From Fistulifera solaris (taxonomy: Eukaryota), in NCBI GenBank assembly GCA_030295235.1, contig AP026158.1, positions 310,001 through 374,000 of the forward strand: a stretch of 64,000 bases of DNA, written 5' to 3'. Shown in pieces: positions 48,437 through 60,546 of this stretch (position 1 is its first letter; each line of letters starts with the position of its first letter). The notes under the pieces were generated by a model. That model saw only the letters and a program-made list of their open reading frames with translations. It made no database searches and had not been told where the DNA came from. The position numbers were made by a program, and so were the translations under genes.

Positions 48437-50259
48437 ATGACTTTGCCAATAAGTAATCATTGTCGTAAACGAAGCCATCGTCTTCTCGCGTGGAGTATCG
48501 TTTTGTTGTGCGACGGTCATCATTCGTTCTTTATCACTATGACGTTCGCTTGGGTCACTCCCTTATTATTGCAACAACAACAACAACAACAACCAATACA
48601 ACAACCAAGACAACAACAACAACAACAAGTACGTCTGTGTTTCAACACGCATATTGATGATGATGATGATGATGATGATCCGGGTGCATTGGAACGGTAT
48701 CGAAAACGACAATTGCGAAGACGATCGCAACAACAACAACAACAACGACGACGACGACGAATTCCGACCACGCCGCCCGTCTCAATAAATAATCATTACG
48801 AAAAAGAAGAAGAAGGAAGACACAACCAACACATCGTATCACAAGACCTGGAAGGAAACAACAACGTCTCTTTTGTGTTGAATAGTGAACAGCAACCGAC
48901 TTTTATATGCGAAAAGAAGAAGGATTCAACAACAGTGATGAAATCATAATCAGAACAATATCTCAAAACAACGAAAGGATTGCAGCAGGGCCAGCATTAT
49001 CGAATCTATCAGAAGAATCTTCTTTGCAACAGCACAACGATGATTCTGTGATTACGAACGAACCGGGCAATCATGTCGTTTCCTCTTTAAACCAGTTGGA
49101 TTCAAACACGACAAATACACGACTTTCTTCTTTATTTGGAACACGCCCTCCCACCCATCGACGTTTCATGACCCTGGTAAGAGTTTCTCATGCACTGAAA
49201 CAAACAGCACAACGATCCTGGCAACGATCCATGAAACGAATCATTCGACGGCAGGCTGTTAAAGACGAAGACAGCATACAAGATGTGGACTATCACTATG
49301 TTCGTCGGGATCCGATCGATATTATGGTTCCGATGGAGGAGGATAATCGAACCTTTGACTACGCTCGAATACCCAAGGTACGGCCAAAACCGGAACGAGT
49401 ACGCCAATTAGGGTATCCATCGCAATGTAACTCTATGACGAACACGTCCGTGCCTACTTTACCGCAATATCGACCGAAACGATCTCGTCCTGCCTCAGAA
49501 CTCAAAAGTGCTTCAACGCGGAAACGTCGAATCTATAATCCCTACAACAAGTACGACAACAACAAACCTTTTGAGGATATGGATTCTGTAGATCGTATTG
49601 GGCAATTTCTAGCGGATACGGTCGATCAGTTCTTTTGGGGAAAGTACGATATTGATGATGTCAAGCAAGATGCAAAGCGACCACCACCAAGAAAGCGTCA
49701 ACGTCCTGCAAAACAAGCGTACAATAAAACAGCTCAATCTTTCTCGCGACCACAACATTGGAAAGATCGTTTGGAAGAACGGTTTGATTCCATCATGGGA
49801 ATACACGAAGATGGGAATGTGTACAACCGATGGTTTCAAAATGAACAAGAAAAAGAGATTATTCCCCGTAAGCGCTCCGTCAATAAGAAACCATTCTGGG
49901 AAGAAGAAGGTAGTCTTATAGCACTTCTGTTAGGACGAACCAAAGATGGTGAACGTTTGTCATGGGAAAAAGCGTTGGCGCCACGAGGAGGGGATGGGTC
50001 ACTGGTGACGATTTTTCGTACCGTCCTACAAACCACATTCGTATTGGCCAGTTATGGATTTCGCTGGGCTAGTGTGCGAGGGGCCATTCCCCAGCCGGTG
50101 GTTGTGTTGGGTGTATCGGCGGCGGGTCTGTGTGTGCGACAACACCGCATCCGGTCCATGTTGCTGGCATTGATTTTATTCCGAACTGTGGGAGAATTGG
50201 TGCATGGCGGTCTTTATGGACAAGATGGATGGGAAGACGATACCGACGAGTCGCCATGA
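48437..50259 (+). CDS. Hypothetical, probably plastid-targeted protein with C-terminal TM helices; frameshift about 48912-48915
   Basis: Signal-like N-terminus ending TFAWV, poly-Q/poly-D tracts, and a conserved-looking C-terminus (WKDRLEERFD, WASVRGAIPQP, RTVGELVHG). Confidence 0.65.
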
Positions 50260-50303
50260 AATGTAAACGAACTACAAAAAGGAAATTATGAAGGTCTGTT
50301 CTA

Positions 50304-52226
50304 TTATGATTCCGCCGTCACTTCCTTGCTACTTGTCCTGGATGACTCTTGTTTCGCTGCAACGACAGCATTCACAAAGCTTGCAGCAGCATTATTCATA
50401 AATGCCCAGTTGTGCAAAAATGGAAACCAGCTGATTGGCCTGTGAAAAATATATGAGCGGTCAGACGTGAAGAAGAAAAAGGTCAGAAATGCTAGACCTA
50501 AAGAACAAACACGCACCATCCAACGTGGCCTCCTCGTTTGGTCAGCAACAGGAAGAGATTGCCCGATCCTGTTCGAGTCAGATTGGCGGGATGTTTCCAT
50601 CCATCATTCGACGCAACCGTTTTCCACGTGATCAAAGGGTCGTCGAGGGCTTGTAATACCAGAAAAGGAATTGATATATTGTGAATGCGCCGATGTGGTG
50701 CAATCACATCACTGTCAAATTCTTCAAAGGGAATATCCCCCAGTGCACTCATCTCACTGTAATAGTGCTGAAAAAGTAGATGAGCTAAATATCTAAAAAG
50801 TCATGCTTTCGCATTCTTTAGCAATACGTACCATTAGATCACGAAATCCGTTGTAGGCAACGACGGCTGTTCTATCGATACCAGCAATATTGGTAGCCCG
50901 CATCAATGCCTTCATTTGTGTCTTGGACAAACGACTTCGTACTCGTTCTCCCCATTTCCCCACCACAAATGTATCACGCAATTCCACCGCCACAATGGGT
51001 TGCCACAATCGATGCGCACGATTCGGTTGTGCCTCGACACGCATATCCAACCCACCCGAAATCGCCACCGCCGCATGGAGAGCACATTCAGTACCCAATC
51101 GGGCCACGTAATTGCTCAAAACAATCCCTCCCATACTATACCCCACACCAACCAAGAGTTGGTCTGGTCCCATTGCCTTTTGCAAAACCCTTGCCGCCTC
51201 GTGAACATCGGTCCAGCGGGCTCCATGAAAGACATTCCATCCCCGCACGGGCAAATCCATCAATCCGCGGGCGACCATGACCACCACGGTCGAATTTTCG
51301 GCCAATCGTCGTCCCGCCATTTCGCGCACGTAAGGTTCTTGCGATCCCCCATTCAAACCGTGCAACACTAAATAAATTGGCTTCGTCGAGTCGTGTCCGT
51401 GTGGCGGAAACGCGATATCGAGCGCGACCACTTCTTCGACACTATCGTCGTCGTGGACCGGCAACCACATTCGATGCCATTCAATGAGAGGTGCTCGATT
51501 GAGTAAAAAAGGCAAACCGGTACGAGCATCTCCCGTCGGCATCCAGGGTGTTGCCGGTGTATACATTCGGTAAACTTCGGGCCACTGTTGCACAATTGGT
51601 GTGGCACGCGTTTTATCGTAATACAGTCCTTCTTCGAATTGAGGAGCTACCGTGGTGGAATCGTACACGAGATAGACTGTGCTTATCACCAATCCGAGAA
51701 GCATGCAGCGCAGGAATCGACTGGGTGTGGATCGCCAGGCGAGAAGAACTACAGCAACAAACGTCGAAGCACCATACCGAGGCCCCATTTCCAAACAATA
51801 CAATTCATCCGTCCACAAGACCATGGCCGATATCACCGTCCAAACACACAACAGTGTATGATATTTGGCCGTGGTAGGAAGTAATTCCTGTTGCAACAAA
51901 TACAAAAGACCGATGGGAGCCACAAAAAAGGCAAACAATCGAAACCACAATTCCATCATGGCCCACAACGAAGGGACGACTTGGGCTACTACTGTGAACA
52001 AAACATCGTGCCACGTTTCCAAATGCTCCCAATGCAACAACGGTCCTTGTCGAGGAATGTGGGGCAAATAATAAGCGGAATAGTTCGCTGCATAGGTCGT
52101 ACAAAAGGGATGGATGGTCGGTAATTGCAGGGACGTGAGAAAGGTTTGTGACGAAGTGTGTAGAATTGTTGCTGTAGAAATATCCCAAAGCGTTTGAGAA
52201 GCACAATAGTCTTCAATCGACCACAT
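50304..52226 (-). CDS. Alpha/beta hydrolase, ABHD1/3-YheT-like, with N-terminal TM domain (2 introns near the 3' end)
   Basis: HGLNGGSQE, GYSMG nucleophile elbow, ALDDP, TKRGGHVGW. Confidence 0.88.
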
Positions 52227-52440
52227 TCTGACAAAGAAGGAACTACTAGAGCTAGTAGGAAATTCACAAAAGGATTGTAGATTGTATATATCGAATCAAA
52301 AACAACAGTGAAGATGAATGAATCGATCGATCGATCGAGGAAAATCCGTGTTGAGTACCGGTACGCCCGGAAAGCGATAATATTTATAGATTCCATTACT
52401 ATGGTTTTATTCATTATGCAATTTCTACAGTGCCCAGAAC

Positions 52441-53007
52441 TTAAGCACAACCACAAAACATGCCCAAACACTGGTTATTGGTCGGCCCCGGTGAGGTTGA
52501 CGGCGCATACGGTGCGTCACTGTATGAGTTCACCGGTTCTTCGGAATTGCTGGGCGTCGCACTGGGGTATTCCGACGAAATGGGCGTCGCATAGGGAGAA
52601 TCACTGAAGGAGTTGATGGGTTCTTCGGAATTGCTGGGCGTCGTACTGGGGTATTCCGACGAAATGGGCGTCGCATAGGGAGAATCACTGAACGAGTTCA
52701 CCGGTTCTTCGGAATTGCTGGGCGTCGCACTGGGGTATTCCGACGAGATGGGCGTCGCATAGGGAGAATCACTGAAGGAGTTGATGGGTTCTTCGGAATT
52801 GCTGGGCGTCGTACTGGGGTATTCCGACGAAATGGGCGTCGCATAGGGAGAATCACTGAAGGAGTTGATGGGTTCTTCGGAATTGCTGGGCGTCGCACTC
52901 GGATAGTCGCTAGTCGCGGGGCTGCTGGGGGACAAGCCGGCCGCGAGAGACGAAGCTGATGCACTGGTTGCGAATAGAAGCACGAAAAAGGCGGGAATGA
53001 TCTTCAT
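52441..53007 (-). CDS. Secreted acidic Ser/Pro/Thr-rich tandem-repeat protein with a Cys-rich tail
   Basis: Signal peptide MKIIPAFFVLLFATSASA, about 5 copies of a 28-aa unit, ending in QCLGMFCGCA*. Confidence 0.8.
   Translation of the reverse strand: MKIIPAFFVLLFATSASASSLAAGLSPSSPATSDYPSATPSNSEEPINSFSDSPYATPISSEYPSTTPSNSEEPINSFSDSPYATPISSEYPSATPSNSEEPVNSFSDSPYATPISSEYPSTTPSNSEEPINSFSDSPYATPISSEYPSATPSNSEEPVNSYSDAPYAPSTSPGPTNNQCLGMFCGCA
52505..52905. repeat. 84-bp coding minisatellite (about 4.8 copies)
   Basis: GGTTCTTCGGAATTGCTGGGCGTCG recurs at about 52535, 52619, 52703, 52787 and 52871. Confidence 0.95.
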
Positions 53008-53669
53008 GGTAGGAAATTTAAGATTTGAGGAAAAGAAAGAAGAGGGGAAAGGTGGAATGTAGGGCCAGCGAATTTCAATAATAATGAATGCGTTTGTCAA
53101 ACTTTGTGGCAGTAGTTTGGTTTGTGGCTTGTGGCCTATCTGTGGAGAACGGGTGGCTTTTTTAGTGGCGAGTGGCCTTGCTGTGGATGCGGGATGTGGA
53201 ATTTGGACACAAAAGAGCAACGTGGCGTCAGTAATCGAGAATCGAGAGTCCTAGACAATGAACAACAAGACCGAAAACCACGAATCATGATCGTACAAAA
53301 AATACCATAGACTACAATCAAAATGCTTCGAGGCTTAAGTAATTCTGACGCGATTTTCACTCACTTTATTGCTCCACGACTACGACTGTGTGTTTTCTCT
53401 GCAATGCATGGCAAACACCAAGACAGCAGTCCGAGACATCCGTACTTCCAGAGATCAACACTTTGTCGTCACCAGACGCAGTTCTTGTCGATGTGTTACA
53501 ATCTGGAATAGTGTACAAAGTGGAGAGATGGGTCATTGGCCGTTGGCCATTGGTCATTGCACACGCTAGATGATTAGTCGGTTAGATGGATTCCAGATTC
53601 CCAGCCCGCCGTGCAGCAGGCTGACGAAGTTGCAGTCAATCAGATAGCCGAACCACTCGAAAAACCTTC

Positions 53670-54157
53670 CAACCTTCCACACTTCGAGATGTTTTCCAAG
53701 CTCTCATTCAACTTCCAACACGTGTGAACACAAAGCATACCGAAACGGAAGATGGGATGTTTGCGACACTCGTCACTCAGCTGCCTAGCGTCTTTCATAA
53801 TGGAGCTCTCGTGGTACAGTACTGGTACCATGGCAAAAAGCAACGATTCAAGCTAACACTCACAACTGTGTCCGAAGTGGTGAAAGATCCCCAGATTCTG
53901 CGTCGCTTGCTTACTTTCATTGCATCTATTTTCCCCGTTGGTTAAGGAGCTTGGTTGGAATGACGACAGCAACAACAACAACAACAACAATCCCATTCTA
54001 TCGATTTTGGAGTCCATTCTCTCGTTGTACTGCGTTGCATCCCGAGGAATTCTCAACTGCGGCCAATTTCTTACAGTTGATGAATGAAAATAGAAACGAA
54101 GTGCTCAACAAAGTGGTTGCGGAATTTGTCGCAATGATTGTGGAGGGCAAAGGCTAG
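53670..54157 (+). pseudogene. Possible fragmented or degenerate coding region of unknown family
   Basis: Protein-like helical stretches in shifting frames (LRDVFQALIQL...EVVKDPQILRRLL; NNNPILSILESIL; LHPEEF...EVLNKVVAEFV). No clear start. Confidence 0.3.
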
Positions 54158-54989
54158 GACTTTGGTCGAGCCATAAACTTGTCGACTTGTTGTCCAGGAG
54201 GAAAAATAATGCTCATTTGCACAATTGGGTGTCCAAGGTATCTCTCTAGCTACAATTACAAAAGTCCGGTCATGCCTCAAAAGCAGCACGGAATCTTCGC
54301 TGACCGAAGGAAAAGAAGCGATTTGATCAAACGCAAAGATAAATTTGGAAGAGGCAACCCGTGGCGGAAAACCTGAGTTTTTGTGGAAAATGCCGGGCAG
54401 CGCGTACACACCGAAGTCCGGTCAGTATTTAGTCAAAGTAAGAACCTTAAAGTTAACGAAAAAATTTGTGTGAACATCACTTGTTTCAGCACAAGAATAT
54501 GTCGTTTAAGCGTCGAGAAGCATTGGGATCGCTGTGTTAGTTTTTACTATATCTCTAAAGTGTATGCAACCGTTCGCCACGACTGCATTTCAGTCATGAG
54601 ACGCCCAGTTTTGAAGTCCGCATTAAACGAAGGCGCTCCTTCTAACACATTTAGTGCCAGGCATCCCTCACAACTAAATAAATGCGAAAGCAGTGGTTGA
54701 TCGTAGCTCATGAGCTCTATCCTGACTCTCGACGAACAGTTCCTCTTTCGACGACGACTCCTCTTTAGATCAATGGACTTCTCCGTTGGGTACCGCTACG
54801 AAGGCATCGATCTATATGTGCAAAAGACAATACGTTTCGCTCTTGTTTTTGCCCGCGTCTCGTCATCGACGATGATAAAAACGAGAAAAAAAAAAGACCC
54901 GAGCCTTTCCAATTATGTTTGTTTGATTCGGCGCTCCTGTGTTTGTTCTGTTAGTAGCTATCCCTTCATTCAACAATTAAAAAGCTCGA

Positions 54990-56287
54990 ATGTCATCTAC
55001 ACTGAAAGAGCGACTCAAGAAAATCGATACACACAGTTCCGTATCGAATGAGTTTCGCGTCTACACCGTGTCCGGCGCGGTCCTCTCGGTAACGACCGTT
55101 TGTTTTATTTTATACTTGGTTTGGACGGAGATTACTTTCAATTTTCAAACGACCATCCAACAGCGTGTTCATGTGAATGCGACGAGTCCCAGAGGTCTCG
55201 AAATGGAATTTGATATCACGTTGCATTCCGTAAAATGTTCGCAACTGAGTATTGATGCGCAAGATCCCTCTGGGCAAAGCATGTCGTTGCATCTCGATAA
55301 AGAACATCATGTATGGAAACATCGGGTCGAATTAGCAGACAATGGAGCGAAATTCAATGTCATTGGGTCACGCAATAAAATTGAATTGGGGAGTACATTG
55401 CTCGATATGGAAACAATAGAATACAAAATTGCCGAGAACACGGAACTTATACGAGATGATAACGACGGTGATTGCTTAAGTTGTTACGGAGCCGGAGATG
55501 AGGATGAGTGCTGTAACACGTGTGAAGATATACAGCGGGCTTACAAACGGAAAGGATGGGCATTGCCGGACTTGAGCACCTTTGCTCAATGCCGTCAATC
55601 GCCGCAAGCCGACGAAGGCGAGCACGAAGGCTGTAACGTGCACGGCAAGGTCGCACTAGATTCGGGGGGCGGTAATTTGCACCTGGCACCGGGGGAAGAT
55701 ATGACGAATGGCTTGACGCGACCCGCCTCGGTTAGCCTGTTTGATTTGTTGTTGCTGAAATTTCATGAATGGAATGTCACCCATACCATTCACAAATTGC
55801 GATTCGGTCCCGAACATCCCGATGCAATTTATCAATTGGAAGGGCAACGGCGGGTTGTGAAAGATTCGCACGGAATGTATCAATATTATTTGCAGGTAAG
55901 AGGAACGACGCGACGCAAGCCATGATTCTCTGGCGCTAAAGTTGACGCCGTTTTCTCACAAACACCCCTTCACATCAATTATACAGATCATTCCGACACA
56001 ATACAAATTTCAGAATGGCACCACTATACAAACTAACCAATACAGCGTCACGGAACATTTACGGCATGTCCCTCCCGGATCGAATCGGGGTTTACCGGGC
56101 GTGTTTTTCTTTTTATGAAGTGAGTCCGTTGCATGTTGAGATTACGGAAGGCTATCGGAAAGGATGGATTGCCTTTGTTACGAGTGTTTGTGCGGTAGTG
56201 GGAGGTGTCGTCACGACCATGGGATTGTTAGATCAGTATTTGTTCGGTCGAAAGGATCCGAGGACGCGACAGCAATTGGCGTTATAA
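54990..56287 (+). CDS. ERGIC3: ERGIC3/Erv46-like ER-Golgi cargo receptor (intron 55896-55986; frameshift about 56104-56114)
   Basis: LKKID, TVSGAVLS, CLSCYGA..CCNTC, EGCNVHG, HTIHKLRFG, YQYYLQ|IIPT, NQYSVTE, LPGVFF, CAVVGGV. Confidence 0.9.
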
Positions 56288-56325
56288 AAGGTCTATAGCT
56301 GTGAATACAATAACTAATATTATTG

Positions 56326-56722
56326 TTATGACAGAAGCAGCAAAGCTTTGCGCAATTCACTGTCTTTGTTCTCTTCCGAAATGTTTCGTCGCGGGCTTAG
56401 TGTTTTCCGAGGACTGGGAAGTCGTTTCGGGGGGAGTGGGCGGCATGGACGTTCGTTTATGTGGTAACAGGTTCCTTTCACTGGACTCTCGTTTTGGTGG
56501 AGATATACTGGGAGAGTGGTCGTAGCAACAAGCATTCCATCGATCGTCTTGCGAAAGTGGCGTTGACAGAGGAATTATACTGTGATAATCGCGTCCAGCG
56601 TCCACCTGGAAGGACAAATAATCGAGGGACGCGTCGTCAGAGACGTACCTTAGTTCCACTTCCTTCGGAATCTCGCCCAACATTCTATGCTTGTATGGCT
56701 TGAGCTTTCGTTTTGGGTCCAA
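56326..56722 (-). CDS. Small Pro/Ser/Arg-rich hypothetical protein, paralog 1 (frameshift 56429-56434; start uncertain)
   Basis: DDRW..PPKRESSE..MPPTP then KRLPSPRKT..RRNISE..LRKALLLLS*. Similar to 57740-58138. Confidence 0.6.
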
Positions 56723-57739
56723 ATTATTTTATGGACTGCTTAAAATATATTCTAAAAAAGGCGACATCTTCCAACAAGTCGTAGGCTTTTCGTTTCGGAG
56801 TTATCCGTTGTCCATTGAAAGTATGTCATTGCGAACAAGTGCCAAGTTCGATGGCAATAGAGCCCTTCTGAAACAGTAAACCTAAATTACTTTGTACGAA
56901 AAAACTAAGAATGCCACGTTTCCATTTCCACTCTACATCATCTATGGAATTTGACGAACGGTGCTTGACAACTGACATATCGCCCCTTATTTTATCGTGT
57001 GACCAAGTGTCGTAACGTATAGGGCACTAGTGTACTCAATGATGCCTGACTCTAGGACGCCCCTTTGCAACTTTCGCCAACTGCTCACTATCTTTTATGT
57101 CACAAAAGGCCCTTCCGTTTGTTGACAGTTCACCTTCCCCCTGGCCCCTCGCCGCTCTCGCTCTCCGCAACGAGAGTTCAAAGATCAAAGTCATGAATTA
57201 TCGGATGCTCTAGACTACGTACAAGTGCAGGGTGCAATTGTGTTTGCTAAAGAAAACTGGCTTTTTCCTTTTCCGGTCTTCGCTAGAGACTAAAAGTTCG
57301 AGACCTATCTGTAAGCGGAAAGCGGAGTTCTTAGTCTTGTATCAAAGGTCAGAGGACTGAGCTTAGCCTAGCACTACCACGTAATAACTAATAACTGGCT
57401 TGCTCTTCTATTCGTGTCATTCGTACTAGTGCACAGCGCACAAAGAAGAATACAGAAAGACATGGAACTATTATTTCGTTTTTCTGACGTGGCACCCCCA
57501 TCGGCTAAATGCAAGCTAAACTCCCCCCCAAAAAAAAGACGAATGAATAATATGGTAACCGTTAACTGAAAATGAGCGTGCAACAGCGGTCAAATTAAGA
57601 AAGTAGACTTAAGCGTCACGTTGGTTTGTTGGACTAGATCCTGAGCTGTGGTAGTGGCTATCGTTCTTGACAAAAAAAACTGAATAAATTGTTCGATGCT
57701 TATTAAAATTGGTTGCTAAAATCTTTCCTGCAAACTTCT

Positions 57740-58138
57740 TTATTTCAGAAGTAAGAATGGCTTGCGCAAGTCGCCTGTTTTGACCTTTTCGGAGAGTTTC
57801 CGCCTTGGTGTTTTCCTTGGACTGGGCAAACGTAAGGGTTTGGCAGGTGCCATGCGTGACTTCTTTAACATCAGCTGATATGATTCACTCGGCTTTCGTT
57901 GCGGCGGCAACATAATGTGCGATTTTTCACACAAGGAAGGGCTCCATCGATCTTCTTTGCGCTTCGTCGTCGATGGATTGATTTTGTGCATCCGCTCCAC
58001 AGGCTCGGTATCCAATGGGTCAAATTCCATGTCCATCTTGTCCGATCTGTCTTCTGACGCATATTTTATTACGACAACACGGGGAACGCAGTCCATGTTC
58101 GGTCGTTCCAATTCATCACAGGATATGCTGGGTCTCAT
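57740..58138 (-). CDS. Small Pro/Ser/Arg-rich hypothetical protein, paralog 2
   Basis: EDRW..PPQRKPSE..RLPSPRKTPRRKLSE..LRKPFLLLK*. ATG at 58138. Confidence 0.65.
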   Translation of the reverse strand: MRPSISCDELERPNMDCVPRVVVIKYASEDRSDKMDMEFDPLDTEPVERMHKINPSTTKRKEDRWSPSLCEKSHIMLPPQRKPSESYQLMLKKSRMAPAKPLRLPSPRKTPRRKLSEKVKTGDLRKPFLLLK

Positions 58139-59059
58139 GGCCGAGATTTGCTTTCGTTTTCTTTTTTTTATGACGGTGGCAAAAACGTGCAAGACTCCCC
58201 AACAAAGTTCTAATCTTTGAAGGGCGCGAACTATTGCAAAGCCTCGGTACTTCGTATCGGATACGCATTGTTTATTGCGATCATTCTTATGGTAATTGAA
58301 AATTGCTATAGAATACGCTGTAAATTATCTTACGACAGGAAGTCATTGGTATACTACCTGTATCGAGAAGTGATGACGACCTGGGTATTGAACAGTCTTT
58401 ACTGCACTAGATATATATTTATACTATAGGTCTTATATCGAATATCTGTACAGTCTACTATCACCATCATTCACCAGCAAGACTACAAGTTGTCTCTCAT
58501 GTGTCTTATTACCCATTGGTACTTGGTACAGTCGCTATCATATGTCACGTGTGTAGCGAATGCCACAATTTTGCTCCGGTTACTCTAACCTTTCAACTGC
58601 GAGATCGACGCGCAAAAAGCTGCTGAATGCTGGAGGTTATCACCCGTTTCTTTTCGCATGTGTAAATTGTTAATAATTGCTCCTGAAATAATGCACAATC
58701 CAAAAACTTTAACGGCGAACGCAGATCAACAAAGTCATCGAGGCTTCTTGGTTCTTACGAAGTTCACAAAATTCTACAAGCATCAAGCAATGAACCATGA
58801 CGCCCAGCGTATTCTTTTGGAGCATTAGTGTTGGAACGCTTTATTGATTCGTAGCGACGAGGTGCAAGTACCCGATTTGCAAAATGATTCAACTTCACTC
58901 GGAGTAGCGCCTTCGGTTCGACGAGGATTCATAGCGAAGGCCGTTGAACGAATCATCAACTAAAGGAGGTAATACTATGCCGACATCGCAAATCTTTAAT
59001 AAATCCGAATACTGTAGCTCAAATGGAAATACATTAGCTTCCCGGATTCAATAGTAACT

Positions 59060-60244
59060 TTAGGCCGCCGTATTCAAAGGATAAATCGCATCCGCCATGT
59101 CCCACAGTTCAGCTTCTCGTAAACAGTCGGCCACTTCTTCTCGCACTTTCCGATACGGCGTTTTGTCCAAAACAGCTAAATCCAAGAGATCATTGGCTCG
59201 TTCGACCGCTTTTTGTTGCGGTGTCTTGTCGTCATCTTGGCGTGGTTGCGATGACTCCGCCTGTTTGATTTTGAAGTACCATTCCCGAACAATGGCGTGT
59301 GAATCATTACTACTCGACGACGTCAATTCTCCCAAATCCACGACAACATCTTGCCAGGCGGGTGTTGTTTCCATGAATGGCAACTTGGTATCCACCAAAG
59401 TACTCAACGGTAGGCGCAAACACGTACGTGCCGCATCTCGCGCTTCTTCCGCACGATTCGGGCACTGCGACAGCAATTGGGCATAAAACAACGAATGGTG
59501 TCCCATGGGTGTACTGCATTTCGTTTGACACGTTTCTGCTGCAATGAGAGCACTGGCTTCATCCTGACGGTCCTTCCAATGACTCCATGCCACAGCTTGA
59601 TACAGGTCGGTGAACGGCCCTACTTTCAGTAAGGTGTATTTATCCGGCCCGTACGGAAATTGCTGAGCGGCACCCGCTGTGTACGGTGCTGTGGCTCCAT
59701 CATTGTACAAGGACAAAAGTATTTCCATCTGTGACTGTTTTTCAGTTTCGTGCGCAATCACAAGACGCTGCATGAATTGCTCCGCATTGAGTGCAAGCCA
59801 TTGATATCCGTGTTGTTGTGTTGTTGTCGTGAAAACCAAAGGCCAATCGGCTTTGTTAGTCAACGACAATTCGTCCGATGGATTGCGTAGGGCACAAATA
59901 TATTCTTTCTGGTCACTCACGGCCAATGGTACTAAATAAGGATGCAAATCCCAGGTCGTGTCATCCGTCAATGCTTGAATCAACTCGGGGGCCGACATGG
60001 GTTCCCAAGTACTACTACTACTACTACCCGAGGAAGGAATACCGGGTATCATCGAGCAGTGTTGCAACATGGTTTGCAACGTAGTTTTTCGAGAAATACC
60101 GACATTATTTACAGAAGACGATGAAAACAAGCGCGTGGAAATGGCGACAGCATTTTTTCTTCTTGACACACTCCACGCATGCGTCTTCGCCGCAAAACGA
60201 GTGAATTGTAAGAACAATAGCATTTTTACAGAAGATTGATTCAT
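59060..60244 (-). CDS. PAB-like (protein in chloroplast ATPase biogenesis), plastid-targeted
   Basis: LHPYLVPLA, ICALR, WPLV, KVGPFTDLY, SALIAAE, RAEEARDAARTCLRLP. Presequence ending THAWS. Confidence 0.7.
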   Translation of the reverse strand: MNQSSVKMLLFLQFTRFAAKTHAWSVSRRKNAVAISTRLFSSSSVNNVGISRKTTLQTMLQHCSMIPGIPSSGSSSSSTWEPMSAPELIQALTDDTTWDLHPYLVPLAVSDQKEYICALRNPSDELSLTNKADWPLVFTTTTQQHGYQWLALNAEQFMQRLVIAHETEKQSQMEILLSLYNDGATAPYTAGAAQQFPYGPDKYTLLKVGPFTDLYQAVAWSHWKDRQDEASALIAAETCQTKCSTPMGHHSLFYAQLLSQCPNRAEEARDAARTCLRLPLSTLVDTKLPFMETTPAWQDVVVDLGELTSSSSNDSHAIVREWYFKIKQAESSQPRQDDDKTPQQKAVERANDLLDLAVLDKTPYRKVREEVADCLREAELWDMADAIYPLNTAA

Positions 60245-60546
60245 CCTAAATGTGTATTCGTCGTTTTTCTCCTTTTGCAACACGAACTAAGGAGAGAGAT
60301 GACGCTTTTATATACTCCGTAGAACTTTCTATACTCATGAAAGGAGTGAAGTCGTTCCTTTGCAATGAAATGAACGATGAGGAGAATAATAAATGTCGTG
60401 TGTTCCGTGATGCGAGTGACGCACCTGATGGACCGATGCACAGACAGACAAGAGGGAGTGAGATCCATGATCCATGACTCACTCGTTGTCGTCACGACGC
60501 AATTTGTCCCGAATGCGTTCATCCAATCATTCGACTAGACCCTATT

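Noticed and set aside
52505..52905. Regular repeats as a CRISPR array
   Set aside because: Units are contiguous 84-bp in-frame coding repeats with no unique spacers and no cas genes; the context is eukaryotic.
58690..58963. Possible small spliced gene on the plus strand
   Set aside because: No convincing donor site or homology cue; cannot be supported from sequence alone.
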